Shown one piece after another: positions 54,870-63,533 of a stretch of 64,000 nt of DNA. Within the stretch, counting starts at the first letter, position 1. Every line of letters begins with the position of its first letter. The stretch is from Clostridiales bacterium (GTDB taxonomy: Bacteria > Bacillota > Clostridia > Christensenellales > CAG-138), in assembly GCA_009779405.1 (NCBI GenBank), contig WREI01000003.1, forward strand, positions 6,552 through 70,551, written 5' to 3'. Made by a program: the position numbers and the translations under genes. The notes beneath the pieces were generated by a model. It saw only the letters and a program-made list of their open reading frames with translations, had not been told where the DNA came from and made no database searches.

Positions 54870-55330
54870 ATGAAAAGAGCAGTAATTCTATTAATGATAC
54901 TGGTTTTATTTCTTTCCGGCTGCGCACGCGAAAGAGCGACACTCGATATTGGCGATATTAAAAACGGCGACACATCAGATTTGCATATGCAAGAGCCGGA
55001 TTTTATAGAAATTGAATGGCTCGGTATCGATTGGAATCTAATTGAATTCCCGCTTGACCCAAAGGAAATAAAAATTCCGGCAGATGTGTCGTCAATCGCC
55101 ACTAAGGAAGATGCGATTAAAGTGGGGGGAGCAATCATAGAAAACTTTTGGGAAAACGGTAAATTCCCCGATTATGTATTGCTTGCAATTGTTCATTCCA
55201 CGAAGGAAAACCTTTGGTATCAATAGATCAACGTGATAAAAATATTGATGACTTAATAGACTGTGGTGGCTTCTATGTTGTCATTGATGGAAGTAACTGC
55301 AAAACAATCAAAGCGTGGGTGGACGAATAG
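54870..55330 (+). pseudogene. NTF2-fold immunity-protein-like lipoprotein, interrupted by a stop or frameshift
   Basis: Frame 0 (54870-55226) gives a lipoprotein ending ...HSTKENLWYQ*. The -1 frame continues DQRDKNIDDLIDCGGFYVVIDGSNCKTIKAWVDE* (55226-55330). That is the expected C-terminal strand region of such proteins. The segment is AT-rich. Confidence 0.45.
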
Positions 55331-55331
55331 T

Positions 55332-55856
55332 ATGCCCCACATCAAAAAACTAATCTTCACCGCTGTCTGCGTCACAATGGGCATCGTGCTGCCCATGACT
55401 TTACATGCCGTGCCGAACGGTGGCGGCATATTTTTGCTGATGCATATCCCCGTGCTGCTCTGCGGGTTGGCCTGCGGTTGGCCCTATGGTCTCGCCTGCG
55501 GCGCGCTGACGCCGCTGCTCTGCTCGCTGCTGACGGGCATGCCCCCGCCCGCCATACTGCCCTCCATGCTCTGTGAGCTGGCGGTCTATGGCGCGGTGAC
55601 GGGGCTCTGCATGCGCTTTATGCCCGTCAAAAACGCATATACAAAGGTCTATATCGCGTTGCTCGCCGCCATGCTTACGGGCCGCGCCGTGTTCGGCCTT
55701 GTGAACGCCTTTATCTTCTTTGCAGGCAATTATTCCATGAAAATCTGGCTCGGTGCGGCCTTTGTCACAGCCCTGCCCGGTATTCTCATTCAAATTGTGC
55801 TGATCCCGCCACTGGTATTTATACTCCGGCGCGCAAAGTTGATTACATTGCCTTAG
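55332..55856 (+). CDS. ECF transporter S (substrate-capture) component
   Basis: ATG 55332 gives MPHIKKLIFTAVCVTMGIVLP. It is a small six-TM-like protein containing FLLMHIPVLLCG. Confidence 0.5.
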   Translation: MPHIKKLIFTAVCVTMGIVLPMTLHAVPNGGGIFLLMHIPVLLCGLACGWPYGLACGALTPLLCSLLTGMPPPAILPSMLCELAVYGAVTGLCMRFMPVKNAYTKVYIALLAAMLTGRAVFGLVNAFIFFAGNYSMKIWLGAAFVTALPGILIQIVLIPPLVFILRRAKLITLP

Positions 55857-57118
55857 AGCGGCACATAGCCCGACATTCCCACCAAATACTGCCCCTGCTC
55901 GGACAGAATCCACTCAAGCAGCTTCTGCGTATTTTCGGCGCGCAAGCGCTCCGCTTCATTGCGCGGCTCGCGCGCTACGGTTACGACATAAAAGGTATCC
56001 GCAAGGGGATAGCTGCCGTTTGCGATGTTCTCGACAGTCGGTGCGATGCCATCTATGGACAGGAGCTTTATCTCGCCGCCCCGCGTCATATTCATAAGAT
56101 AATATCGGAACGAATAGCCTATGGCGTTCTTATGGTTCTTGTAATCTGCAACAACCAAAACGTCTGCCATTATTCCGTGTACCCATTCCTCCGGCGCGGG
56201 CATAATCGGCGTGTCACCCATCATCTTCACGAGGGCGATTTGGCTGCCCGATTCCGCGTTGCGCTGGAAGGCGCGTATCTCCCGGCGCTTCCCGCCCACT
56301 TCGTTCCAATTTGTAACGGAACCCGAATAGATTTTCTTTATCTGTTCTGTGGATAAATCCGACACGGGGTTGCGCGCGTTCACAAAGAACACAAACGCCC
56401 CCTTGCCTATCGGAGTAATTTGCAACTGCAATGCAGCCGCTTCCGCGCGTGCGTGCATCGCGGCCGAAACATCATTCAAGAAGACAATATCCGCGCTGCC
56501 ATTCAATAGATTGTGAAAGGCCTGATCCGTGCGGGTGCAGGTAACGAGATCAGAAGAGGCGTATTTATAATTCCCATCAGGCGGATATACCGCCTGCGCG
56601 AACGCCGCGTAGAGCGGGTAGAGCGCGGTCGCGCCGTCCATGCGCGGCAGTGTATCCGCATCGTCAAACTGCAAATCCGCCGCTTCGGGTAGGACGGCCA
56701 AACGGTTGTTCTCGGCAAAGGGCGTATATTCGGACAGATTGATTTGGGTAATGGGGATCTGCAGAATGGACTTGTCATAGATTCGATACCCAATCAAGCC
56801 GCCTATTGTAAGCACAAAGAGCGCCACAGGTACCAACGCGGGATACAGCTTCCATTTCTTTCGCCAAGGTTTCCAGATCAAGAAGAGAATTGCGGCCAAA
56901 GCGAAAACGCCCGCAAGGTACAGCAGCCAGGACAGTTCTGCGGGAAAGCGGTGGCTTATGACATCGGAACGCAGGATCCAATATGTCCCAAAGAGCACGA
57001 TGATGCAAAAGAATAGCGTTACATAGATTCGCGTCAAAAGCGTTTTCCCAAAAGCCAGAGAAAAAAAGAGGGCAAACAATGCTGCGGCGAAGAGCCCAAA
57101 AAAGAATACTATGTCCAT
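55853..57118 (-). CDS. Membrane-anchored PstS-like (PBP type 2) substrate-binding protein
   Basis: The ATG at 57118 follows GGAGGG. Four N-terminal TM helices are followed by a PstS-like domain (DGATALYPLY, IKKIYSGSVTNWNEVGG, RNAESGS). Confidence 0.65.
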   Translation of the reverse strand: MDIVFFFGLFAAALFALFFSLAFGKTLLTRIYVTLFFCIIVLFGTYWILRSDVISHRFPAELSWLLYLAGVFALAAILFLIWKPWRKKWKLYPALVPVALFVLTIGGLIGYRIYDKSILQIPITQINLSEYTPFAENNRLAVLPEAADLQFDDADTLPRMDGATALYPLYAAFAQAVYPPDGNYKYASSDLVTCTRTDQAFHNLLNGSADIVFLNDVSAAMHARAEAAALQLQITPIGKGAFVFFVNARNPVSDLSTEQIKKIYSGSVTNWNEVGGKRREIRAFQRNAESGSQIALVKMMGDTPIMPAPEEWVHGIMADVLVVADYKNHKNAIGYSFRYYLMNMTRGGEIKLLSIDGIAPTVENIANGSYPLADTFYVVTVAREPRNEAERLRAENTQKLLEWILSEQGQYLVGMSGYVPL

Positions 57119-57119
57119 C

Positions 57120-58031
57120 TCAATCCCTCCGCCCCAAATTCCGCCGCACCCGCTTCGCCACTTCCTTGCCCGTGGGCGTGGCGGCAAGACCGCCGCGGGC
57201 GGTCTCGCGGTATTCACTGCGTATATCGTGGCCGACGATGCGCATGGTATCGACCACCTCGTCGAAGGGGATGAGACTGGTGATGCCGCAGAGGGCCATA
57301 TCGGCGCAGAGCATGGCGTTGCAGGCGCCCAGCGCGTTGCGTTTGATGCAGGGGCATTCCACCAACCCCGCCACGGGATCGCAAATCAAGCCGAGCACAT
57401 TTTTGATCGCCATCGCCGCCGCATCCAGCACCTGATGCGGCGAGCCGCCCGAAATCTCCACCAGCGCGCCCGCCGCCATCGCCGCCGCGACGCCCGTCTC
57501 CGCCTGACAACCGCCGTCCGCGCCGCTGACCGTCGCGTTCTTGGAAAAGAGCAGCCCAATCGCGCCCGCGGTAAAGAGCCCGTCCACCAATTGCGCATCC
57601 GTCCAACCGTTGGCTTGCCCGCACTCTACGAGTACACCGGGCAGTATGCCGCTTGCCCCCGCCGTGGGCGCGGCGACGATCAGCCCCATCGCGGCATTGA
57701 CCTCCACCACTGCCATACTGGATGCAACCGCGCGGCAGGTATTGACGCCACAAAAGGAGCCGCGCCGCTGTGCATAGCGGAACAGGCGCGTGGCGTCGCC
57801 GCCCGAAAGCCCGGAGACGGATTCCATCTTCTCGGACAAGCCCTTTTGTATACTGGCACGCATTGTGACCAAATTCTTGTACATCTCAGCGCGGAGTTCA
57901 TCCTCCGCGCTGCCCGACAGCTCCATTTCGCGGCGCAGCATCGCTTCCGCAAAGCTGATGCGTTCCTCGGTGCAGTAGACGGCCAGCGCCGCCCCCGTTG
58001 CAAATGTGGCGTGGTTCATATGCATAACCAT
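57120..58031 (-). CDS. sdaAA: L-serine ammonia-lyase (Fe-S dependent), alpha subunit
   Basis: 303 aa. Segments GLIVAAPTAGASGILPG, GADGGCQAETG and DPVAGLVECPCIKRNA match the alpha subunit. Confidence 0.8.
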   Translation of the reverse strand: MVMHMNHATFATGAALAVYCTEERISFAEAMLRREMELSGSAEDELRAEMYKNLVTMRASIQKGLSEKMESVSGLSGGDATRLFRYAQRRGSFCGVNTCRAVASSMAVVEVNAAMGLIVAAPTAGASGILPGVLVECGQANGWTDAQLVDGLFTAGAIGLLFSKNATVSGADGGCQAETGVAAAMAAGALVEISGGSPHQVLDAAAMAIKNVLGLICDPVAGLVECPCIKRNALGACNAMLCADMALCGITSLIPFDEVVDTMRIVGHDIRSEYRETARGGLAATPTGKEVAKRVRRNLGRRD

Positions 58032-58049
58032 ACCTTTCTGAGAAGATTA

Positions 58050-59330
58050 TTAGAGGGGGAGCGTAGAGAATCGGTATTGAAACGGGTTCCGGCGTCGAGG
58101 TGGACGCAAATTCAAATTCTCAAAGAAATCATTGCAGTCTCGATCTTCCCCGACGGTGCTATATGCGAGTCCGAATTCGGCGCAACTCCAAGGGCCGCTG
58201 TCATCCACCATATAAACAGATTCATGCTGAGACAGGTGATAGGAATATCCAATCTGTGCCATTTCGAAAGCTGTCCGCCCATTGAATACGAAAAGCGGTC
58301 TGCGCCAGTCCAGCCGAATGGGCTGTGCATCATCTAAATGCCGATACAGTTTTGATACAGTATGGACTCCGAATTCTTCGGCGGAGTTGGGATAACGCCT
58401 TGCTTCTTGCGCATACTCCACCACCATCGGGAGCAGCCAGGCAAGCAATTTGTGCTGCCCGTGTCCGTATTCGCCCTTTCTATCATGCGTTACCACCACC
58501 TCCGGCCGATAGCGGCGCATGTAGCCGACCAAAGTTTCTCGAATCTTCTCCCAATTGTTTTCTTGCTTGGCAACTTCGATAGAGCCGCTTAGCTTGCTGT
58601 TAAAGCGTGCAAAGATCGGATAATTTCGCAGTCCATTGCTCCACAATCCAGCCAGCGCTTCGCTTTCGCGCTGTCGACCGTAGATGTTGTTTGCCCTGCC
58701 TGTCAAGTAGACCACCGTCACTTTGTATCCGCGTTGTGCTGCGTAATCAGGTATGATGCCCCCAAAGAAAATATGTTCATCGTCAGGATGGGCGACGATC
58801 AACATCAAATCGCAATCCGAAAACGTTGGCCGCCAAGCCTGCTTATACCCATCCGGCGTAGTTCCCTTTGCATAGAATGCCAGTTCCGCAATTGCATCCG
58901 CGCCGTCAAAATGAATCTTCGCTGTATGCGTCCCCGCCGGAATGGGGAAATACGCGCACAAATAGCCGCCCGGCATATCCCGCCGTGTAATCGTTTCCGT
59001 TTCAAATGAAACGGAATACGCGCCGGGTTCCTGCAACCAATGCAACACAAGACTTTCGGGCAACTCGAGCAACCCGGTGAAATCTACTCGCAACTCCACT
59101 TCGCTTTTCTGTGAATTTTGCGGATAAAAAGTTCGGAAATCGTTGTCTTGTAAATAGCGAAGCCCCTTGTTCGGCGTTGAATCTGCGAAACAGTCTTGTG
59201 GAAGAGTGATCGGCGCTGCCGGATCCGGCACAGGCTGTTCAATGGCGCGCGCAAACCTGCACATGCTGAAAATACAGAATGCAGCAAGCGTATAGAGTAA
59301 AAATCTTCTGATAAGCCGATTCAACCGCAT
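58050..59330 (-). CDS. Secreted PIG-L/LmbE-family deacetylase with an N-terminal accessory domain
   Basis: The start MRLNRLIRR at 59330 follows GGAGGG. It has a signal peptide and the LmbE motif IVAHPDDEHIF. Confidence 0.7.
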   Translation of the reverse strand: MRLNRLIRRFLLYTLAAFCIFSMCRFARAIEQPVPDPAAPITLPQDCFADSTPNKGLRYLQDNDFRTFYPQNSQKSEVELRVDFTGLLELPESLVLHWLQEPGAYSVSFETETITRRDMPGGYLCAYFPIPAGTHTAKIHFDGADAIAELAFYAKGTTPDGYKQAWRPTFSDCDLMLIVAHPDDEHIFFGGIIPDYAAQRGYKVTVVYLTGRANNIYGRQRESEALAGLWSNGLRNYPIFARFNSKLSGSIEVAKQENNWEKIRETLVGYMRRYRPEVVVTHDRKGEYGHGQHKLLAWLLPMVVEYAQEARRYPNSAEEFGVHTVSKLYRHLDDAQPIRLDWRRPLFVFNGRTAFEMAQIGYSYHLSQHESVYMVDDSGPWSCAEFGLAYSTVGEDRDCNDFFENLNLRPPRRRNPFQYRFSTLPL

Positions 59331-59434
59331 CCCTCCTTTCCTTTCGTCTGTCAATCTCTGATTTTTATCAATTATACCCCAATATAATACCTTATTCAAC
59401 ATAGAATAAACAGATTGAAAATGAAACTCCATAC

Positions 59435-59463
59435 TTGTCAAAACGACACGCTTGCAATATAAT
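59435..59463 (+). promoter_or_regulatory. Sigma-A-type promoter of proS
   Basis: TTGTCA (59435-59440), a 17-nt spacer, then TATAAT (59458-59463). Confidence 0.5.
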
Positions 59464-59515
59464 ATATTTGTGAGTTTTTCGGGCTGTATCTACCCGGGAC
59501 AGGAAGTATTACTTT

Positions 59516-61252
59516 ATGAAAGTATCAAAATTATTGGGCGAACGCTATAAGGAACGCGCGTATGAGATTGAGAGCCAGAATCTTATGACGCGGGGGGGCT
59601 ATATCAAACAGGTCGGCAACGGCATCTATTCATTGCTGCCGCCCGCCAAGCGCATCGCCGCGAAGATAGAGAAGATCATCCGCGAAGAGATGGACGCCAT
59701 TGACGGCCAGGAGGTGCTTCTGCCCGTTGCCATGCCTGCGGATCTGTGGAAGCTGTCCGGCCGCTTTGAGAGCGTGGGCAGCGAACTGCTCCGCTTCCGT
59801 GACAGGGGCGGCGCCGATATGGTGCTGGGCATGACGCACGAGGAAGCGGCGGTTCACCTCGCGATGAACATCGCGGGGACCTATCAGAAGTATCCCTTTA
59901 TGATCTACCAGATCCAGACCAAGTTCCGCGATGAACCCCGCGCCCGCGGCGGTCTGATTCGCGTGCGCGAATTCACCATGAAGGACGCCTATTCCTTCCA
60001 TACTTCGCAAGCGGATTTGGAAGCGTATTATGCCCGTTGCCACCGCGCCTACGAGTGCATCTTCGCCCGCGCGGGTCTGCCCGAGATGGTTTCCGTCGCA
60101 TCCGATTCGGGCATGATGGGCGGTAAGGTAAGCCATGAGTTTATGTTCCTTACCCCCATAGGGGAGGATACCATCGTACTCTGCGACGCCTGTGGCTATC
60201 GCGCCAATATCGAAGCTGCGGATTCGGTTATCCATAACGAGACGCCCGCTGCATTGGAAGCTCTGCGCGAGGTGGAGACCTTCGACAAGACCAGTATCGA
60301 GGATGTGGCCACCCTCCTTGGCGTATGCCCGGAGCAGGTCTGCAAGGCCGTGGTCTATCAGCGCAACATGGACGACCGTTTCGTTCTGGTCTTCTGCCGC
60401 GGCGATGTGGAAGTCTCCGAAACAAAATTGCGCAACTTCCTGAAAGCGGAGATCCATCCCGCCGCCGATTTATCGAACGCCAATCTTTGCGTGGGTAGCA
60501 TAGGCCCCGCGGGGCTAAGTGCCAACGCGGATATCTATTATGACGCAAGCTTGCGGGACGCGGGCAATCTCGTCTGTGGCGCGAACCGCGACGGTTTCCA
60601 CCGCATGGGCTTCACCCCCGCGCGGGATCTGCCCAACGTGGCCTATATCTCCGTCGCCGAGGCGAAGCCCGGCGGCATTTGCCCGGAATGCGGCGCTATG
60701 GCTCTGCGCGTGGAGCGGGGGATAGAGGTGGGGAACATCTTCCAGTTGGGCAAGCGCTATACGGAGACCATGGGTATGACCTATGACGACGAGAGCGGGC
60801 AGCGCGTACACCCCACAATGGGCTGCTACGGCATCGGCGTCGGCAGGCTGATGGCCAGCGTATGCGAAGCGAAGCACGACGCCTATGGGCCGATTTGGCC
60901 CATCACGGTCGCGCCCTGGCAAGTCCAGATTTGCGCCCTGCGCACCGATGATCCCGCTGTTCGCACAGCGGCGGACGCACTCTATGCCGAACTGCAGACG
61001 GCAGGCGTGGAAGTCCTGTTTGACGACCGCGCAGTCTCGCCCGGGTTTATGTTTTCAGACGCCGACCTTTTGGGCGCACCCATACGCATCATCATCAGCC
61101 CCAAGACGATGGCGCGCGGCGCATATGAGCTGACGACCCGCGATAAGCGCATCCGCGAGGATATCGCACCCGACAACGCGCTGCAGAGCGTGCTTGACTT
61201 GATCGCAAAGTTGGAAATGGAAATTTCGGCACAGGTGCCGGATAGAATATAA
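59516..61252 (+). CDS. proS: Proline--tRNA ligase (bacterial type with editing insertion)
   Basis: 578 aa with class II motifs (FRDEPRARGGLIRVREFTMKDAYSF, GCYGIGVGR). It has an INS-like region and a C-terminal anticodon-binding domain. Confidence 0.9.
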   Translation: MKVSKLLGERYKERAYEIESQNLMTRGGYIKQVGNGIYSLLPPAKRIAAKIEKIIREEMDAIDGQEVLLPVAMPADLWKLSGRFESVGSELLRFRDRGGADMVLGMTHEEAAVHLAMNIAGTYQKYPFMIYQIQTKFRDEPRARGGLIRVREFTMKDAYSFHTSQADLEAYYARCHRAYECIFARAGLPEMVSVASDSGMMGGKVSHEFMFLTPIGEDTIVLCDACGYRANIEAADSVIHNETPAALEALREVETFDKTSIEDVATLLGVCPEQVCKAVVYQRNMDDRFVLVFCRGDVEVSETKLRNFLKAEIHPAADLSNANLCVGSIGPAGLSANADIYYDASLRDAGNLVCGANRDGFHRMGFTPARDLPNVAYISVAEAKPGGICPECGAMALRVERGIEVGNIFQLGKRYTETMGMTYDDESGQRVHPTMGCYGIGVGRLMASVCEAKHDAYGPIWPITVAPWQVQICALRTDDPAVRTAADALYAELQTAGVEVLFDDRAVSPGFMFSDADLLGAPIRIIISPKTMARGAYELTTRDKRIREDIAPDNALQSVLDLIAKLEMEISAQVPDRI

Positions 61253-61274
61253 TACACCAACAGGAGACTTGAAA

Positions 61275-61862
61275 ATGGAGAAATTCAACAATACCCCGCA
61301 AGTCGTCGATGGCTTGAAGCCCGACAAACTCGCACCGGAGACGACGGTAAAGACGGCGCGTACCTTTCTGTTCTTGATGGCAGTGTTCACCGCTGCCAAT
61401 GTCCTCTTCTTCGTTACGAATTTGGATGTCATGTTTATGTTTGCATCAGCGATGGCTATGTTGGTGCAGATCCTCGCAATTCTAAATGGTGTCAGCGGCG
61501 TCGGCATTGCGCTCTCTGCTGTTATCGCCGCCGTGTTTTTTACCCTTTGGTTCTTTTGCAATAAAAAGAAAGGAATCATGTTGGCCGCACTTGTCGTTGC
61601 GATTGTGGATACTCTCTGTCTCGCTTTATTTTATTATTTGACAATGGGTTCTTCGCGTGGTTTCAGCGGGGGAGACGTCGTTGGAATTATATACCACATC
61701 ATCCTCATCTTCAGCACGGTGCAGGGTCTCCGATCCATAAAGAAGATTCAGGAGCGGGAAGAACAACAGGCAGCTGCCGCGTATATGGGGGAACCTATAT
61801 TTGCAGACAGCACCGCACCGGAAGCGGCGGAAGATACCTCCGCAGCGACAGAGACCCGGTAA
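61275..61862 (+). CDS. Multi-pass membrane protein, unknown function
   Basis: ATG 61275 follows CAGGAG. It has four predicted TM helices and an acidic C-terminal tail. Confidence 0.5.
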   Translation: MEKFNNTPQVVDGLKPDKLAPETTVKTARTFLFLMAVFTAANVLFFVTNLDVMFMFASAMAMLVQILAILNGVSGVGIALSAVIAAVFFTLWFFCNKKKGIMLAALVVAIVDTLCLALFYYLTMGSSRGFSGGDVVGIIYHIILIFSTVQGLRSIKKIQEREEQQAAAAYMGEPIFADSTAPEAAEDTSAATETR

Positions 61863-61868
61863 AACAAT

Positions 61869-63053
61869 ATGGACGGCATAATGAATTTTATCGAATCATT
61901 GTTCGGTTCCCTGATGGGGATGACGGGCGGAAGTGTCATCAAGATGCTTGTGATGTGGGCTCTCGGCGCGCTGCTGATTTACCTTGCCATACGCCATAAG
62001 ATGGAACCCGGTCTGCTCTTGCCCATGGGCTTTGGCGCGATTTTGGTCAATCTGCCTATGTCGGGCGCAATCACACAGGTCATTCACGGATTGACGGAGA
62101 CCGGCCCTCTGTCCGTGCTCTTCGATGCGGGCATCGCGAACGAGCTATTCCCGCTCCTGCTCTTTGTCGGCATTGGGGCGATGATAGACTTTGGGCCACT
62201 GCTAAGCAATCCCAAGCTTCTCCTCTTCGGCGCGGCGGCGCAGTTCGGCATATTCGTAACCTTATTGCTGGCCGTCGCACTCGACGCCAGTGCCCTGCCG
62301 ATCAGCTTTACCTTGCAGGATGCGGCTTCTGTCGGCATCATCGGCGCGGCGGACGGCCCCACCGCCATCTTTGTCGCCAATTACTATCAAACGAAGTATA
62401 TGGGCGGTATTTTGGTCGCGGCGTATAGCTATATGGCCCTCGTCCCCATCATACAGCCGCCCTGCATACGCCTGTTGACGACCAAGAAGGAACGGCGCAT
62501 ACGCATGCCCTATACGGCGGGCAGGGTTACCCCCATAACGCGCATCCTGTTCCCGATCATCGTTACGGTTGTGGCCGGACTCGTTGCCCCGCGCAGTGTG
62601 GGTCTGGTGGGCTTCCTGATGTTCGGCAATCTGCTGCGCGAATGCGGCGTGCTGGGCAGCTTATCCGATACGGCGCAGAATGCCTTGGCCAATCTGATCA
62701 CCATCTTCCTGGGTCTGGTCGTCGCCACAAAATTGCAGGCGGACTCGTTCCTGAGTATCGAGACCGGCGTTATCCTCTTGCTGGGGCTCTTCGCGTTCAT
62801 CTTCGACACCTTCGGTGGTGTGCTGTTCGCGAAACTCATCAACCTGTTCAGCAAGCAAAAGGTCAACCCCATGATCGGCGCCTGCGGCATCTCGGCCTTT
62901 CCCATGAGCGCGCGCGTCGTGCACAAAATGGGATTGGAGGAGGACCCGCAAAACTTCCTGCTCATGCACGCGGCGGGCGTCAATGTGGGCGGTCAGATCG
63001 CCAGCGTGATTGCGGGCGGGTTGATACTGAACCTTATACCCAAGCTGTTTTAG
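61869..63053 (+). CDS. Sodium ion-translocating decarboxylase beta subunit (OadB/GcdB/MmdB family)
   Basis: 394 aa. Segments LIYLAIRHKMEPGLLLPMGFGAILVNLP and GAADGPTAIF match the family. It is polytopic. Confidence 0.8.
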   Translation: MDGIMNFIESLFGSLMGMTGGSVIKMLVMWALGALLIYLAIRHKMEPGLLLPMGFGAILVNLPMSGAITQVIHGLTETGPLSVLFDAGIANELFPLLLFVGIGAMIDFGPLLSNPKLLLFGAAAQFGIFVTLLLAVALDASALPISFTLQDAASVGIIGAADGPTAIFVANYYQTKYMGGILVAAYSYMALVPIIQPPCIRLLTTKKERRIRMPYTAGRVTPITRILFPIIVTVVAGLVAPRSVGLVGFLMFGNLLRECGVLGSLSDTAQNALANLITIFLGLVVATKLQADSFLSIETGVILLLGLFAFIFDTFGGVLFAKLINLFSKQKVNPMIGACGISAFPMSARVVHKMGLEEDPQNFLLMHAAGVNVGGQIASVIAGGLILNLIPKLF

Positions 63054-63067
63054 GGAGGTATTTCGTT

Positions 63068-63181
63068 ATGATCATGGAAGCTCTCAAGGTCATGCTCTTC
63101 GGTATGCTCGGCATCTTTGTCGTGATGGGCGTCATTATCGGCGTAATCTATCTTTTGAAAGCCGTGTCGAAAAAGACGTAA
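63068..63181 (+). CDS. OadG-like decarboxylase gamma subunit (37 aa)
   Basis: Not in the ORF track as a separate gene. GGGAGG lies 8 nt upstream. MIMEALKVMLFGMLGIFVVMGVIIGVIYLLKAVSKKT is a single TM helix typical of OadG-family proteins. Confidence 0.55.
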   Translation: MIMEALKVMLFGMLGIFVVMGVIIGVIYLLKAVSKKT

Positions 63182-63533
63182 TGATCCACTGCCGCTTCAA
63201 GTGATGGTTTCGTGTTGGCCACCGCAAGGGCTTTGTTGCTGGCGTGCCTGAAAGGTGAACATGATTACCGATCTTGTAGACTTTCTTCGTTCCTCTGAGT
63301 TTTCGAATGGATTGCCAATGCTTATTTCTCCGATTGCTTGCTCCCACTGATTTTTATCTCCGCTTTCTTCCTCCCTCATCGTTTGCCATAGCTTGCTCCG
63401 TTGATGTTGGGAAAGGTGTGGTTTTGTTGTCGCGCATACGATATGCTCGTGGCGATAACGATGTAAATCTTGACTTGCCACATTGATTATGGTATAAGTA
63501 TAAACAGAGGGAGATAATGGGAGGGGTGTTTGC

